NCBI GenBank assembly: GCA_043801115.1
Contig: JAZDMJ010000052.1
Span: 1 to 36,496, forward strand
Direction: 5' to 3'
From: Candidatus Iainarchaeum sp.
GTDB taxonomy: Archaea > Iainarchaeota > Iainarchaeia > Iainarchaeales > UBA10191
DNA length: 36,496 nucleotides
The notes beneath the pieces were generated by a model. That model saw only the letters and a list, made by a program, of their open reading frames with translations, did no database searches and was not told the DNA's origin. The first letter of the stretch is position 1. The number at the start of each line of letters is the position of its first letter. Shown one piece after another: positions 16,504 through 25,528 of this stretch. The position numbers and the translations under genes are program-made.

Positions 16504-17409
16504 ATGACTGAAAAATGTCCCGAATGCGGTTCGACCAAAATCATCCGCGACAGTGAAAAAGGCGAAGTCATCTGCAATTCGTGTGGATTGATTTTGAGCG
16601 ACGCGAACGTTGATTTGGGCAAAGAATGGCGTTCTTTTGACAACGATTCCGGCGGAGACCGCTCTCGAACGGGCAGCCCGATGAAATACGTCAAACTCAA
16701 CAAAGGTCTGGTGACCATGATCGACCGCAGGGGAACGGACTTGCGCGGAAACAAGCTTTCCACCAAGTCCAGAGCCCAAATGTACCGCTTGATCAAATGG
16801 CATAAAAGGGCCTCCATTAGTTCGAGCATGCAGCGCAACCTGTCCATCGCGTTGACCGAACTGCGCCGGGTTTCTTCGTATTTGAACATTCCCGAACAGC
16901 TCGTCGAAGCAGCCGCGTTGTTGTACAGAAAAACCGTGAAAAAGGGCCTGATTCGCGGCCGCTTGATTGAAGCCGTCGTTGCAGCCGTTTTGTACACGGT
17001 GTGTAGAACCTACAATGTTCCGCGCACGTTGAACGAAATGAGCGAAGCGTCGGGTTTGACCAAGAAAGAGATTGGCAGAACCTACCGCTTTTTGGTCCGC
17101 GAGTTGAAGCTCGATATTCCGCTCACGAATCCAATCCACTACATTCCCCGCTTTGCCTCCGAGTTGAATCTCTCGGGCGAAGTGCAGGAAGAAGGCAGGC
17201 GGATTTTGGAAGAAGCAATCGGAAACGGCTTGATTTCCGGAAGAGGTCCTACTGGAGTCGCCGCAGCCGCCGTGTATATTGCGGGCTTGCTGAAGGGCGA
17301 GCGCAGGACGCAGAAGGAAGTCGCGAACGTTGCAGGCGTTACGGAAGTTACCATTCGCAACCGCTACCGCGAACTGAAAAAGCGCTTGAACATCGAAGTG
17401 ACGGCGTAA
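16504..17409 (+). CDS. tfb: Transcription initiation factor IIB (TFB)
   Basis: The N-terminal zinc ribbon reads CPECGSTKIIRDSEKGEVICNSCGLIL. The B-reader/linker region follows, then two cyclin-fold repeats (SIALTELRRVSSYLNIPEQLVEAAALLYRK ... and IPRFASELNLSGEVQEEGRRILEEA...). Confidence 0.95.
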   Translation: MTEKCPECGSTKIIRDSEKGEVICNSCGLILSDANVDLGKEWRSFDNDSGGDRSRTGSPMKYVKLNKGLVTMIDRRGTDLRGNKLSTKSRAQMYRLIKWHKRASISSSMQRNLSIALTELRRVSSYLNIPEQLVEAAALLYRKTVKKGLIRGRLIEAVVAAVLYTVCRTYNVPRTLNEMSEASGLTKKEIGRTYRFLVRELKLDIPLTNPIHYIPRFASELNLSGEVQEEGRRILEEAIGNGLISGRGPTGVAAAAVYIAGLLKGERRTQKEVANVAGVTEVTIRNRYRELKKRLNIEVTA

Positions 17410-17471
17410 CGCCGTCGCTTTTCTTTCCTTTTTTTGAAAACATTTAATAGCATCAAGCCCTATTTTAGTGC

Positions 17472-18164
17472 ATGCGCAAAAAGTATTTTACGGCTCAAAA
17501 GCGCCGCGCGGCGCCGATTTTTTCGCACACACAGGAAGTCCAGATTTTTGCCGCCAAAATGGGCGACGATAGAGTTGTTGTTAAGGTTCCGAAACGTCTT
17601 CCCCCAAAAGGCAGTGGAGCACTAACTGCCTTTTCAAAGCAATATGCGGTCGAAGGATTCGCTTCTCACTCTCTCTTTTACGCGCTCTTTCCCGAGCACG
17701 CTATCAAGCCCAAAGCGATTACCTTTGTCGAAGATGATGAAAAAAGATTGTACGGTGTCGCGACTGAAATAGTCCAAAACCGGGACAAGGAGTACAAAAA
17801 ATTCGTGCGCGCGGCCTACACGGAAGGAAAAGAGGGGCGGATGACGCTGGGCGAAATCAAGGAAAACTCGAAAACGAAGAAATACTTCACATTTGTGGAA
17901 AACATCGCGTGGAAAACCCAACAATTCATTTGGCACGAGACGGGAATTTGGGCAGATAAGCACCCAATCAATATCGCTTTTGTCGAAGGAAATCCCGTAT
18001 TTTTTGAAATAGACTCGATTGACACGAAAAAGCTCGAAACATACATCGAGCGAAAAATAGACAACCCCCAAAAAGCGGAACGCTTGAAAAGGTGGATTCA
18101 ACAACTCCCCAAAGATGAGAACGGGGCGTGGAACAAGACTGCCTTGCACGATTCAAAAAATTGA
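17472..18164 (+). CDS. Hypothetical protein
   Basis: The 230-aa ORF has an ATG start, and I can name no family. A weak kinase-like stretch (DKHPINIAFVEGNPVFFEIDSID) is noted but not relied on. Confidence 0.5.
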   Translation: MRKKYFTAQKRRAAPIFSHTQEVQIFAAKMGDDRVVVKVPKRLPPKGSGALTAFSKQYAVEGFASHSLFYALFPEHAIKPKAITFVEDDEKRLYGVATEIVQNRDKEYKKFVRAAYTEGKEGRMTLGEIKENSKTKKYFTFVENIAWKTQQFIWHETGIWADKHPINIAFVEGNPVFFEIDSIDTKKLETYIERKIDNPQKAERLKRWIQQLPKDENGAWNKTALHDSKN

Positions 18165-18271
18165 AAAAAGCGAGAAGAAACGGCTAGTCACTAACTTGGC
18201 AATCGTCGAATTCTTCGCAGGGTTTAAACACTGTTTGGGTGCGCTTTCAAGCAAAAGCTTTTAATTTCCTT

Positions 18272-18300
18272 GATGCATTGGTAGTGCATTGGAATGCATC
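18272..18300. promoter_or_regulatory. Palindromic candidate operator upstream of the toxin-antitoxin pair
   Basis: A perfect 8-bp inverted repeat, gatgcatt (18272-18279) and aatgcatc (18293-18300), encloses a direct repeat of tgcattgg (18274-18281 and 18285-18292). It lies just downstream of the TATA-like cttttaattt (18258-18267). Confidence 0.45.
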
Positions 18301-18315
18301 GAGGTGAAATGGAAA

Positions 18316-18573
18316 ATGGTGAGGACTACGGTGTCGTTTGACGGCGTTTCGGAACTGATTTTGGAAAAAGCGGTCAGGCTGGGATTGGCGAAGAGCCGGA
18401 CGGAAGCCCTGCGCATGGGCGTTTTTGCGCTGAACAAGGAATACGGCGTTGTCAAGGATATTGAAATGGAAATGGTGGCCCGAAAGCTGGCCAAAGAAGA
18501 AGCCGAAGCCAAGCGAAAGCATGTCCGAATGATTCCGTTGGAAGAAGCGCTGGCGCCATACAAGAAAAGGTGA
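18316..18573 (+). CDS. Ribbon-helix-helix antitoxin (CopG/Arc-like)
   Basis: The ATG at 18316 is preceded by the SD gaggtga at 18301-18307. MVRTTVSFDGVSELILEKAVRLGLAKSRTEALRMGV fits a strand-helix-helix layout. The gene sits 6 nt upstream of a RelE-like gene. Confidence 0.6.
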   Translation: MVRTTVSFDGVSELILEKAVRLGLAKSRTEALRMGVFALNKEYGVVKDIEMEMVARKLAKEEAEAKRKHVRMIPLEEALAPYKKR

Positions 18574-18579
18574 ACACGT

Positions 18580-18855
18580 TTGAAACTTGCGCCTTGGAAA
18601 GTCTTTTTGAATCCAGGATGGGAAATTCACTTCAAACACTTTGATGTCAGCGTTCAAGCTATTATTTCCAAAAAATTGGAACAACTGCAAAATCCGCTCC
18701 GTTCGAGAGGCCTTCAACACTCGCGCTATCTGGTCGAAGAAGTCGGGCAATACAGGATTGCCTTCATCCAGGACGAGAAAGAACGAATCCGGACGGTTTA
18801 CTTTGTGGGAAACCACAAACAGTACGAAAAATGGTTTTCAGAGCTGGAAGAGTGA
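18580..18855 (+). CDS. RelE/ParE-family toxin
   Basis: The start is TTG, and no in-frame ATG lies nearby. The pattern is W.V.....W.I.F..FD......I.KKLEQLQNPLRSRGL....YLVEEVGQYRIAFIQDEKERIRTVYFVGNHKQYEKW, which contains the GxYRIxY...........V...G.H..Y signature. Confidence 0.65.
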   Translation: MKLAPWKVFLNPGWEIHFKHFDVSVQAIISKKLEQLQNPLRSRGLQHSRYLVEEVGQYRIAFIQDEKERIRTVYFVGNHKQYEKWFSELEE

Positions 18856-18892
18856 AAGCCCCGATTTAAAAATCGTTTCATTCCTAGTTTGA

Positions 18893-19558
18893 ATGGTGAG
18901 CAATTTGAAACTGGCCGAAGTTTTGATGGTTGTTCTCATTGTCGTTTCTTTCGCGCTCGCATTTTACGCGTATCCCCTGCTTCCGGAACAAGTGGTTTCG
19001 CACTGGGGTGCTTCTGGGGAGCCGAACGGTTTTTCGTCGAGAGAATTCGGCGCCTTTTTCCTTCCCGTTTTATTGCTTGGAATGCTGGCATTGTTCCTCG
19101 TCATTCCGCGCATCGACCCCAAACGGGAAAACATCGCCCAATTCAGGAATTATTACAATAATTTCATTCTCGCCATCATGTTCTTCATGTTCTACATTTA
19201 CGCGCTCACGCTCGTTTGGAACATCAACTCTTCGTTTGATTTGGTGCGCTGGATGGTTCCCGGATTCGCAGGACTGTTCTTTTATGCGGGCGTTTTGATT
19301 GGAAAAGCCAAGCCCAATTATTCGATTGGAATCCGCACGCCGTGGACGCTCGCGAGCGATTCGGTTTGGAACAAAACGCACGAGTTGGGCGGAAAACTCT
19401 TCAAAGCCGTCGCTGTCATTTCACTGCTTGGAATGGTTTTCGGCGGAGAAATCGCCTTCTACATTTTCCTCGGCCCCCTGCTCGCCGCCGTCGCCTTTTT
19501 GTTTATCTACTCATACGTCGAGTTCGAAAAAGAGCGAAAATCCAAAAAGCGCAAGTAG
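18893..19558 (+). CDS. SdpI/YhfL-family membrane protein (DUF1648 + SdpI domains)
   Basis: The motifs are LPEQVVSHWGASGEPNGFSSRE (DUF1648) and KPNYSIGIRTPWTLASDSVWNKTHELGGKLF (SdpI). The protein is multi-TM. Confidence 0.8.
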   Translation: MVSNLKLAEVLMVVLIVVSFALAFYAYPLLPEQVVSHWGASGEPNGFSSREFGAFFLPVLLLGMLALFLVIPRIDPKRENIAQFRNYYNNFILAIMFFMFYIYALTLVWNINSSFDLVRWMVPGFAGLFFYAGVLIGKAKPNYSIGIRTPWTLASDSVWNKTHELGGKLFKAVAVISLLGMVFGGEIAFYIFLGPLLAAVAFLFIYSYVEFEKERKSKKRK

Positions 19559-19588
19559 TATTTTATAGTTTGAATTCTTTGTTCTGGC

Positions 19589-19864
19589 ATGGCCTGGCGC
19601 GTTCAAAAATCAAAGCGTTTATCCTCGAAAAAGAAAATGAATCAACTCGAAAAAGCGGTTTTGAAAGGGCGCCCTGGAAGCGTTGCCTGCATTGGGGGAA
19701 AGTATTTTTTGATTTTGGCTGAAAAAAGCGGAAAAGAGTCTTTGCCGTTCGCGTTCGAGCTTTCGCCTGAGGCGGGCCAAATATTCAAACACCTCGGAAA
19801 ACGTGAACGTGACAACCTGTTGACGACATGGCTTGCCAAAAGAATGCATTCCAACGGCCACTAG
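19589..19864 (+). CDS. Hypothetical small protein
   Basis: The ATG lies ~25 nt downstream of the TATA-like ttttatag at 19561-19568. I recognise no family. The gene overlaps the convergent rpl35ae stop by 4 nt. Confidence 0.4.
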   Translation: MAWRVQKSKRLSSKKKMNQLEKAVLKGRPGSVACIGGKYFLILAEKSGKESLPFAFELSPEAGQIFKHLGKRERDNLLTTWLAKRMHSNGH

Positions 19865-20121
19865 TCTGCAATTTCGAGCTTGCTTCCGATGGCCTGCCCG
19901 GGAAGTCCCCGCGCAAAGCGGATGCGAATGCTTCCGTTGTCTCCGTGCGTGTGCACGACTTTTCCCGGAATCTGTTTTCCCGAAGAGCTCTTCCAAACTG
20001 CTTTCTTTCCCATCAATTTGGCGGCTTTCGACCTGGAATCCACGCCTTCGACTTCGACGATGAATTGATTGTCGGTCTGCGTGGCCACGCCGCGCCGGTA
20101 ATGAATAATGGTTCCCTTCAT
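19861..20121 (-). CDS. rpl35ae: 50S ribosomal protein L35Ae
   Basis: The product reads MKGTIIHYRRGVATQTDNQFIVEVEGVDSRSKAAKLMGKKAVWKSSSGKQIPGKVVHTHGDNGSIRIRFARGLPGQAIGSKLEI. The start was trimmed to the ATG at 20121. Confidence 0.85.
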   Translation of the reverse strand: MKGTIIHYRRGVATQTDNQFIVEVEGVDSRSKAAKLMGKKAVWKSSSGKQIPGKVVHTHGDNGSIRIRFARGLPGQAIGSKLEIAD

Positions 20122-20267
20122 TTGGCTCACTGTCAAAAAGGGAGCCAACATCATTTTAAACCCTTTTCCGCGGCCCTTGCGTGAGCCGGCGACGCGAGGC
20201 CATTGCGTAGGTCTGGTCCGCGCTCCATCTTCGCGATGCTCGATGGAGCTTGCTCGCTCCGCTCGCG

Positions 20268-20275
20268 TTTAAACA
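20268..20275 (+). promoter_or_regulatory. TATA-like box (tttaaaca) ~28 nt upstream of the rnhB ATG; leaderless-type spacing
   Basis: The element is centred ~28 nt before the ATG at 20299. A second box (tttaaaa on the minus strand, 20154-20160) faces rpl35ae. Confidence 0.35.
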
Positions 20276-20298
20276 CTTTTCCGCGCTGTTGTTCTCGT

Positions 20299-20949
20299 AT
20301 GCTGATTGCCGGAATTGACGAAGCGGGCCGCGGCCCTTGCATGGGGCCCCTCGTAATGGCCGTCGCCGTCATCGACCAGAAAGACGAGGAAAAACTCCTC
20401 GAACTCGGCGTGAAAGATTCGAAAATGCTTTCGGCCGCGGAACGGAATGTCCAATTTCCCCAAATCAAAAAGCTTGTCAAAGAGCACGGAACGTTTCACA
20501 TTTCCCCGCAAGAGATTGATTCGCTTCGGGATTGGAAGAGTTTGAACGAAATCGAGGCCATGCGCGCGGCGCACTTGCTGAACGCGCTCAAGCACAAGCC
20601 CGACATGGTTTTTGTCGATTCGCCCGACATTTTGCAGGACAATTTCGGCAAGCGCATTGAAAAGTTTTTGTCCTTTAACGTGAAAATCCGCTCCGAGCAC
20701 AAAGCCGATGTCAACTATCCTGTGTGCTCGGCCGCTTCCATTCTTGCGAAAGTGGAACGGGACGCTGCAATTGCGGAGCTCGCGAAAGAGTTCGGCAAAA
20801 TCGGCTCCGGATATCCTTCAGACGAAGTCACTGTCGCTTTTTTGCACAACTGGCTCAAGTCCCATTCTGGAATGCCCCCTTTTGTGCGCCATTCTTGGGA
20901 TACGACTAAAAGGGTTTTGGATTCCAAGTTTCAACAGAGGCTGGTTTGA
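20299..20949 (+). CDS. rnhB: Ribonuclease HII
   Basis: The motifs are MLIAGIDEAGRGPCMGPLVMA, GVKDSKML, VFVDSPD and EHKADVNYPVCSAASILAKVERD...GSGYPSD. The start was trimmed to the ATG at 20299. Confidence 0.9.
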   Translation: MLIAGIDEAGRGPCMGPLVMAVAVIDQKDEEKLLELGVKDSKMLSAAERNVQFPQIKKLVKEHGTFHISPQEIDSLRDWKSLNEIEAMRAAHLLNALKHKPDMVFVDSPDILQDNFGKRIEKFLSFNVKIRSEHKADVNYPVCSAASILAKVERDAAIAELAKEFGKIGSGYPSDEVTVAFLHNWLKSHSGMPPFVRHSWDTTKRVLDSKFQQRLV

Positions 20950-20950
20950 A

Positions 20951-21460
20951 ATGGCAAACTTTGACAAGCGAAAACCTTTTTTCGATTTTCCGTTTGACTT
21001 CGACAAATTGGAAGGAATGATGGACCAGTTGATGAACGACATGATGTCCGACTCGCACCGCGCGGGAAACAAGCCTGTTGTATTCGGCATTAACATGCGC
21101 TTCGACCCCAAAACGGGAAAGCCCGTCGTGGAAGAATTCGGCAATGTTTCCCAGCAGGGCGGCCAGCCCGTTGTATTGGACGCGCGCGAGCCCTTAGTGG
21201 ATATTCAAGAAACGGGCGACGAGGTTTTGGTTACGGCCGAACTTCCGGGCGTGGAAAAAAAGGACGTCAATTTGGTTCCCCTCAAAAACGACCAGGTGGA
21301 AATTTCCGTCAACGCCAGGGACGCGAAATTCTACAAAATCGTCAAACTTCCTTCTCCCGTTCTTCCCGAAACAGCGAAGGCCAATTTCAACAACGGAATT
21401 TTGGAAGTAACATTCAAAAAAGACGCAAAGAGCGCGAAGCCGAAAATCAAGATTGAGTGA
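20951..21460 (+). CDS. Hsp20/alpha-crystallin small heat-shock protein
   Basis: The ATG at 20951 lies 1 nt after the rnhB stop. The alpha-crystallin core is DIQETGDEVLVTAELPGVEKKDVNLVP...FYKIVKLPSPVLPETAKANFNNGILEVTFKK. Confidence 0.9.
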   Translation: MANFDKRKPFFDFPFDFDKLEGMMDQLMNDMMSDSHRAGNKPVVFGINMRFDPKTGKPVVEEFGNVSQQGGQPVVLDAREPLVDIQETGDEVLVTAELPGVEKKDVNLVPLKNDQVEISVNARDAKFYKIVKLPSPVLPETAKANFNNGILEVTFKKDAKSAKPKIKIE

Positions 21461-21462
21461 AT

Positions 21463-21843
21463 ATGAAAGCCGTTTTTGTTGCAGGAAGCCGCAAATTCTT
21501 TCAAGAAGTCGAAGACTTGGTCAAAGAATTGCGCGCGCAGGGCATTCGCGCCGAAACCGCTGGAAAATCCCTGGCCGCCGAAGAAAATTTGGAAAGCGAG
21601 CGCAAGGAATTGGAGCAGGCTTTTGCGCGCATAGACTCGAGCGACGTCTTGTACGTTTTTTCCAGGGCAGGCTATATTGGAAAAAGGGTTTCGCTCGAAA
21701 TCGCGTACGCTTTCGCCAAGAAGAAAGAAATTTTGTGCTCGGAAGAGATTTCCGAACTTTCTGCGCGCGCTCTCGTTTCCAAAATCGTTTCCCCTTCCGA
21801 ACTGCCTTCGTATTTGAAAGCTTCGAAAAAAGGGTTTTTCTAG
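21463..21843 (+). CDS. Hypothetical protein, possibly nucleoside 2-deoxyribosyltransferase-like Rossmann fold
   Basis: The stretches MKAVFVAGSRKF...SSDVLYVFSRAGYIGKRVSLEIAYAFAKKKEI resemble that fold's layout. This is a weak call made from motif memory only. Confidence 0.3.
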   Translation: MKAVFVAGSRKFFQEVEDLVKELRAQGIRAETAGKSLAAEENLESERKELEQAFARIDSSDVLYVFSRAGYIGKRVSLEIAYAFAKKKEILCSEEISELSARALVSKIVSPSELPSYLKASKKGFF

Positions 21844-22334
21844 ACCTTTTCTTCTCTCGGCTTTAACGTGACGGGTTTTTCGCCGAAATAGTCCAAAAAC
21901 TTTTTCGTCGTGCGCACAATGTACGAGCGCCCTTCGGGCGCGCGCGCAATGAGTCCCTTTTCTTCCAACAACTTCACATCCTCGTACGCTTGGTTTCCCC
22001 TGTACTTGACCAAAACGCTTTGCTTGATGGGCTGTTTGTACGCGATGAAGGCGAGGGTTTTCGACTCGGAGCGGTTTAATTCGCTCTTTGAGGCGAACGA
22101 GGCGGCAATGTTTTCATATCCCGAGCGCAGTTTCATTTGAAAGCCAAGCGAGTTTTCCGAAATTTCGAGCGCGGAGTCGCGCGCTTTGAATTCGTCCGTC
22201 AGTTCATTGAGTGCGATGCGCAAGTCGGAAACGTTCGCTTTCGAAATGGAATACAAATCAGTAAGACTCAACGGTTTGGAACTCATGAAGAGCGCGGCTT
22301 CGATCACTTTCTTGATTTCAGCGGTTTCGGGCAT
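21840..22334 (-). CDS. scpB: Segregation and condensation protein B (ScpB)
   Basis: The motifs are IEAALFMSSKPLSLTDL, LEISENSLGFQMKLRSGY, LSRSESKTLAFIAYKQPIKQSVLVKYRGNQAYEDVKLLEEKGLI and GRSYIVRTTKKFLDYFG. Confidence 0.8.
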   Translation of the reverse strand: MPETAEIKKVIEAALFMSSKPLSLTDLYSISKANVSDLRIALNELTDEFKARDSALEISENSLGFQMKLRSGYENIAASFASKSELNRSESKTLAFIAYKQPIKQSVLVKYRGNQAYEDVKLLEEKGLIARAPEGRSYIVRTTKKFLDYFGEKPVTLKPREEKV

Positions 22335-22681
22335 GTTCTTTTCTTAGGCGTTTTCGGTTTAAAACGGTTTGCTTCGGACAGCGCTTGTTCGAAATACGAA
22401 GCGAATTCTCGGACAGCATTTTCAAGTTCTTCTTTTGTTTTGGCGGACCGCATGGCCAGCGCGGCGTCGAGCGCGAACTTCTTTTTCGTTTCGGACAAGA
22501 ACAGTTCTGCCGCTCTTTCGGGCTCGAACATCATGTAGGCCTTGATTTCCAAGTCTTTCAGCCTGAATTTTTGCGCGGCCAGAACCGCGGCGGAAAATTT
22601 TCGCTTTTTCAGGAGACTCTTGACCAGTGCAATCCGCTGTTCCGGCGTCTTGTACTGGGAGAGAATAGTGTTCAATTTCAT
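22304..22681 (-). CDS. Hypothetical protein
   Basis: The 125-aa product is predicted helical and Lys-rich. Its ATG overlaps the glycosyltransferase stop, and its 3' end overlaps the scpB start by 31 nt. It is the middle gene of a three-gene minus-strand run. Confidence 0.4.
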   Translation of the reverse strand: MKLNTILSQYKTPEQRIALVKSLLKKRKFSAAVLAAQKFRLKDLEIKAYMMFEPERAAELFLSETKKKFALDAALAMRSAKTKEELENAVREFASYFEQALSEANRFKPKTPKKRTCPKPLKSRK

Positions 22682-23823
22682 TTTTTCACTTGGGATTTTT
22701 TTCCGATGGTTTCCCTGGCCAGTTTTTCAAACTCTTGCGCGGGCTTCAGTTTTTGCGCGTACTTTTGCAGTTTTTCCGCCTTGGCTTTCATTTTTTTGTC
22801 TTTGAGCGCGTCTTCAATCAAGTCTTGCAGTACAAAAGTAGGAGTGTCGTATCCGACTTTTTTTCCAACTCCGATTCGTTCCAATCCGTCCGCGTTGCTC
22901 TGCTGTTCCGCGTGCATCAGGTCCGGAAACGAGAGCAGGGGTTTTCCATATACAAGCGATTCCATCAAAATGCTGTGCCCTCCAGCGGCAATGACCAAGT
23001 CGGCTGCTTTATAATACTCAAAAGGGTCGGAGTCGGGCAATACTTTCACGTTCTTCGGCACTTTTGATTTCAACTGGATGTTGGGGCCGCTGAACAATAC
23101 AAAATTGATTTTGGGCAGTCCTTTCGCCGCGTCGATGACTTTGTGGAATACTTTTTCCCTGTACCCGAACGCTCCGACCAGACTCACGACAAGCGGCTTT
23201 TTCGCTTTTGCTGCTTTGACTTCGTTTGGCTGTTTGCGAACAAAGGGCCCGAGGAAGTGGATTTTTTCGGCCTGTTTGAGCGAAAACCAAGCGTCCACTT
23301 CTCCGACCGTGTATGGGGCGGGATAGTCGCAAATCGCGACCGCGTCCGCGTACTTTGTAATGAATTCCGTAATTCCCTTGATGGCGCTTCCGACGAGTTT
23401 GACGCCCGCCTGCCGGTCTTTGAACAAGTGCCCCAAGCACAACTGGTTTTTTTGCAATACGAGAATGGAGGGAATTTTTTTCATGCGCGCCGCGAGAATG
23501 GCCGAAAAGTAGCCATCTCCAATAATAACGTCCGGCTTTTCGCGCTCGATTACTTTCAACAATTTGGAAAAGTGGAATATTTTGTGCGGCTTCATGCTTT
23601 CCTTGATGGAATCGCCCAGGTTCAAAATTCCGCTTTTTCCCTGCAGGGAAATTTCGTTCGGAATTTCGACAGTGTCAAAGCCGTTTTTTTCGAAATAGGT
23701 TTTGCTGTAGCCGTACGCGCCGATGGATACATTCCATGCTTTTTTGCGCAGTTCTTTGGCCAGGGCGTGACAGCGCGTGCTGTGTCCCAATCCTTCCCCG
23801 CAGACGAAAAAGAGCGCTTTCAT
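22678..23823 (-). CDS. Glycosyltransferase, MJ1255/MurG-like (GT-B fold)
   Basis: The start was trimmed to the ATG at 23823. The N-terminus is MKALFFVCGEGLGHSTRCHALAKEL. The C-terminal donor-binding half is AADLVIAAGGHSILMESLVYGKPLLSFP. Confidence 0.65.
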   Translation of the reverse strand: MKALFFVCGEGLGHSTRCHALAKELRKKAWNVSIGAYGYSKTYFEKNGFDTVEIPNEISLQGKSGILNLGDSIKESMKPHKIFHFSKLLKVIEREKPDVIIGDGYFSAILAARMKKIPSILVLQKNQLCLGHLFKDRQAGVKLVGSAIKGITEFITKYADAVAICDYPAPYTVGEVDAWFSLKQAEKIHFLGPFVRKQPNEVKAAKAKKPLVVSLVGAFGYREKVFHKVIDAAKGLPKINFVLFSGPNIQLKSKVPKNVKVLPDSDPFEYYKAADLVIAAGGHSILMESLVYGKPLLSFPDLMHAEQQSNADGLERIGVGKKVGYDTPTFVLQDLIEDALKDKKMKAKAEKLQKYAQKLKPAQEFEKLARETIGKKSQVKK

Positions 23824-23893
23824 GGACTTCTTTTGCTTGCAATGCTTTAAAGCCGTTTTGCCGAATCCTTGTTTTAGAGAGAGGTGGTGTTGC

Positions 23894-24505
23894 ATGCCGT
23901 TTTCCATTTCGCCCCTGCCCTTTGCGTACAACGCATTGGAGCCCTTTATTGACGAAAGTACCTTGCACTTCCACCACGATAAACATCAGCAAACCTATTG
24001 CGACAAATTGAATGCGGCATTGGACGGCAGTACGGAATGGCGGAACAATGGAATTGAAGACATTTTGAAAAACATTTCAAGCGTTCCCCAGTCCATTCAA
24101 ACCGCCGTACGCAACAACGGGGGAGGGTTTTACAACCATGAATTGTACTGGAAGATTCTGGCCCCCCGCTCGAGCGGCCGCCCTTCGGGAGAACTCGCGC
24201 AGGTCATCGACAAGGACTTCGGCAGTTTTGAAATCTTCAAAAAGCAATTCTCGGACTCCGCGCTGAACCGCTTCGGCTCGGGCTACGCATGGCTCTGCCT
24301 TTCGGAGGAAAAGCTCGAAGTGCTTTCCACAGCAAACCAGGACTGTCCGCTCTCGGACGGAAAAATTCCCCTACTCACCATTGACGTGTGGGAACACTCG
24401 TACTATTTGAAGTACCAAAACCGTCGCGCGGAGTATATTGAAAACTTTTTCAAAATCATCAACTGGAAAAAAGTGGAAGAATTGTATTCGAACGCAGGAA
24501 GGTAA
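23894..24505 (+). CDS. sod: Fe/Mn superoxide dismutase
   Basis: The motifs are LPFAYNALEPFIDESTLHFHHDKHQQTY, NNGGGFYNHELYW and IDVWEHSYYLKYQNRRAEYI. The start was trimmed to the ATG at 23894. Confidence 0.92.
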   Translation: MPFSISPLPFAYNALEPFIDESTLHFHHDKHQQTYCDKLNAALDGSTEWRNNGIEDILKNISSVPQSIQTAVRNNGGGFYNHELYWKILAPRSSGRPSGELAQVIDKDFGSFEIFKKQFSDSALNRFGSGYAWLCLSEEKLEVLSTANQDCPLSDGKIPLLTIDVWEHSYYLKYQNRRAEYIENFFKIINWKKVEELYSNAGR

Positions 24506-24537
24506 GTAAAGAATAAAAACTTCAAACACATCTACAC

Positions 24538-24873
24538 ATGATGCGTTTCGTTAAACAGCCCGTAAATAGGAACACAAAAAGACCAAGAGGCCGCTTCAGG
24601 AAAAACAGACCAATAAAATTGAAGAAAGAAACAAGTTTGTATGATCGAATTGGGGCCGAAGATGAAGAGACTGCCGAAAACGCACACGAACACCTTGCCT
24701 ATGTTGGAAGTCGTCTCAACGGGCAAAAGAAAAAATATTTGAATGAGTTGCGACGTTCCAACTACAAAAAATTCGAATTAGAAGCTCGATTTCTCAGAAT
24801 ATCACCAGGGGACTTGGAACGCTTATTGGATTCACTTCCTCGCAACGAAAAATTTTTTGACGGGTCTTGGTAG
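24538..24873 (+). CDS. Hypothetical basic protein
   Basis: The 111-aa ORF is Lys/Arg-rich and belongs to no family I recognise. It looks AT-richer than neighbouring genes and abuts the convergent methyltransferase gene with no spacer. Confidence 0.35.
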   Translation: MMRFVKQPVNRNTKRPRGRFRKNRPIKLKKETSLYDRIGAEDEETAENAHEHLAYVGSRLNGQKKKYLNELRRSNYKKFELEARFLRISPGDLERLLDSLPRNEKFFDGSW

Positions 24874-25506
24874 TCATTCCTTTTCCAGTACAATCGTTGC
24901 TCCGGCCAGATACCGGCCGTGCTCGTACGGGAGCATGGTTCCATACACGGTTACTTTGCAGTGCTCCCACTCGTGCTGGTGCGCCAATTGGACGACAAAA
25001 TTCACTTCGTCTTTCGTCAAGTCCCCAATGCAAATCAGGCTCCCGTGACAGCACTCCTGCAGTCGGATGCTGAGCACGGCCACTCCACCTTCTCCCAGAC
25101 AGCGCGCGATTTTTTTTCCCATTTCTTCCACGTGCCCGATTTCGTGCAATGCGCGGAAAGAAACGATAATGTCCTGCTTTTCGGGAAGCCGTTCATTCAA
25201 TGCATCCCCGCGGATGAACTCGTCCAGTCCTTCCAGTTTTTCCGGCCGAACCAAGTCCACTCCCGTCACGTGCACGCTGTCCTTGAATTTCTGCTTCAAC
25301 TCTTTCAGCGCGTTTCCCTCTCCGCATCCAATGTCCATAATGCACACGAGGGGATCGGTTTTGAGCCTTGCCTTGACCAGTTTTTCCATCGCGAGTTCGG
25401 GCAAAACATTGTGCAAAAACAAGTCGTATTTTTGGAGCGAGTGCACGCGGTCTTTGACCCCCAAACCGTACAATTGCTCGTACTTTTCGATTTCCGCCCT
25501 GCGCAT
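24874..25506 (-). CDS. Class I SAM-dependent methyltransferase
   Basis: SAM motif I is CIMDIGCGEGNALKEL, followed by VTGVDL and the post-I/II elements IIVSFRALHEI. The product is 210 aa. Confidence 0.75.
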   Translation of the reverse strand: MRRAEIEKYEQLYGLGVKDRVHSLQKYDLFLHNVLPELAMEKLVKARLKTDPLVCIMDIGCGEGNALKELKQKFKDSVHVTGVDLVRPEKLEGLDEFIRGDALNERLPEKQDIIVSFRALHEIGHVEEMGKKIARCLGEGGVAVLSIRLQECCHGSLICIGDLTKDEVNFVVQLAHQHEWEHCKVTVYGTMLPYEHGRYLAGATIVLEKE

Positions 25507-25528
25507 GCTCGAATTGGATTCGAAGACT

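Noticed and set aside
17472-18164. Calling the 230-aa hypothetical protein a second atypical kinase, based on DKHPINIAFVEGNPVFFEIDSID.
   Set aside because: Only one short motif-like stretch is present. No glycine loop or VAIK-type lysine is recognisable. That is insufficient for a family call.
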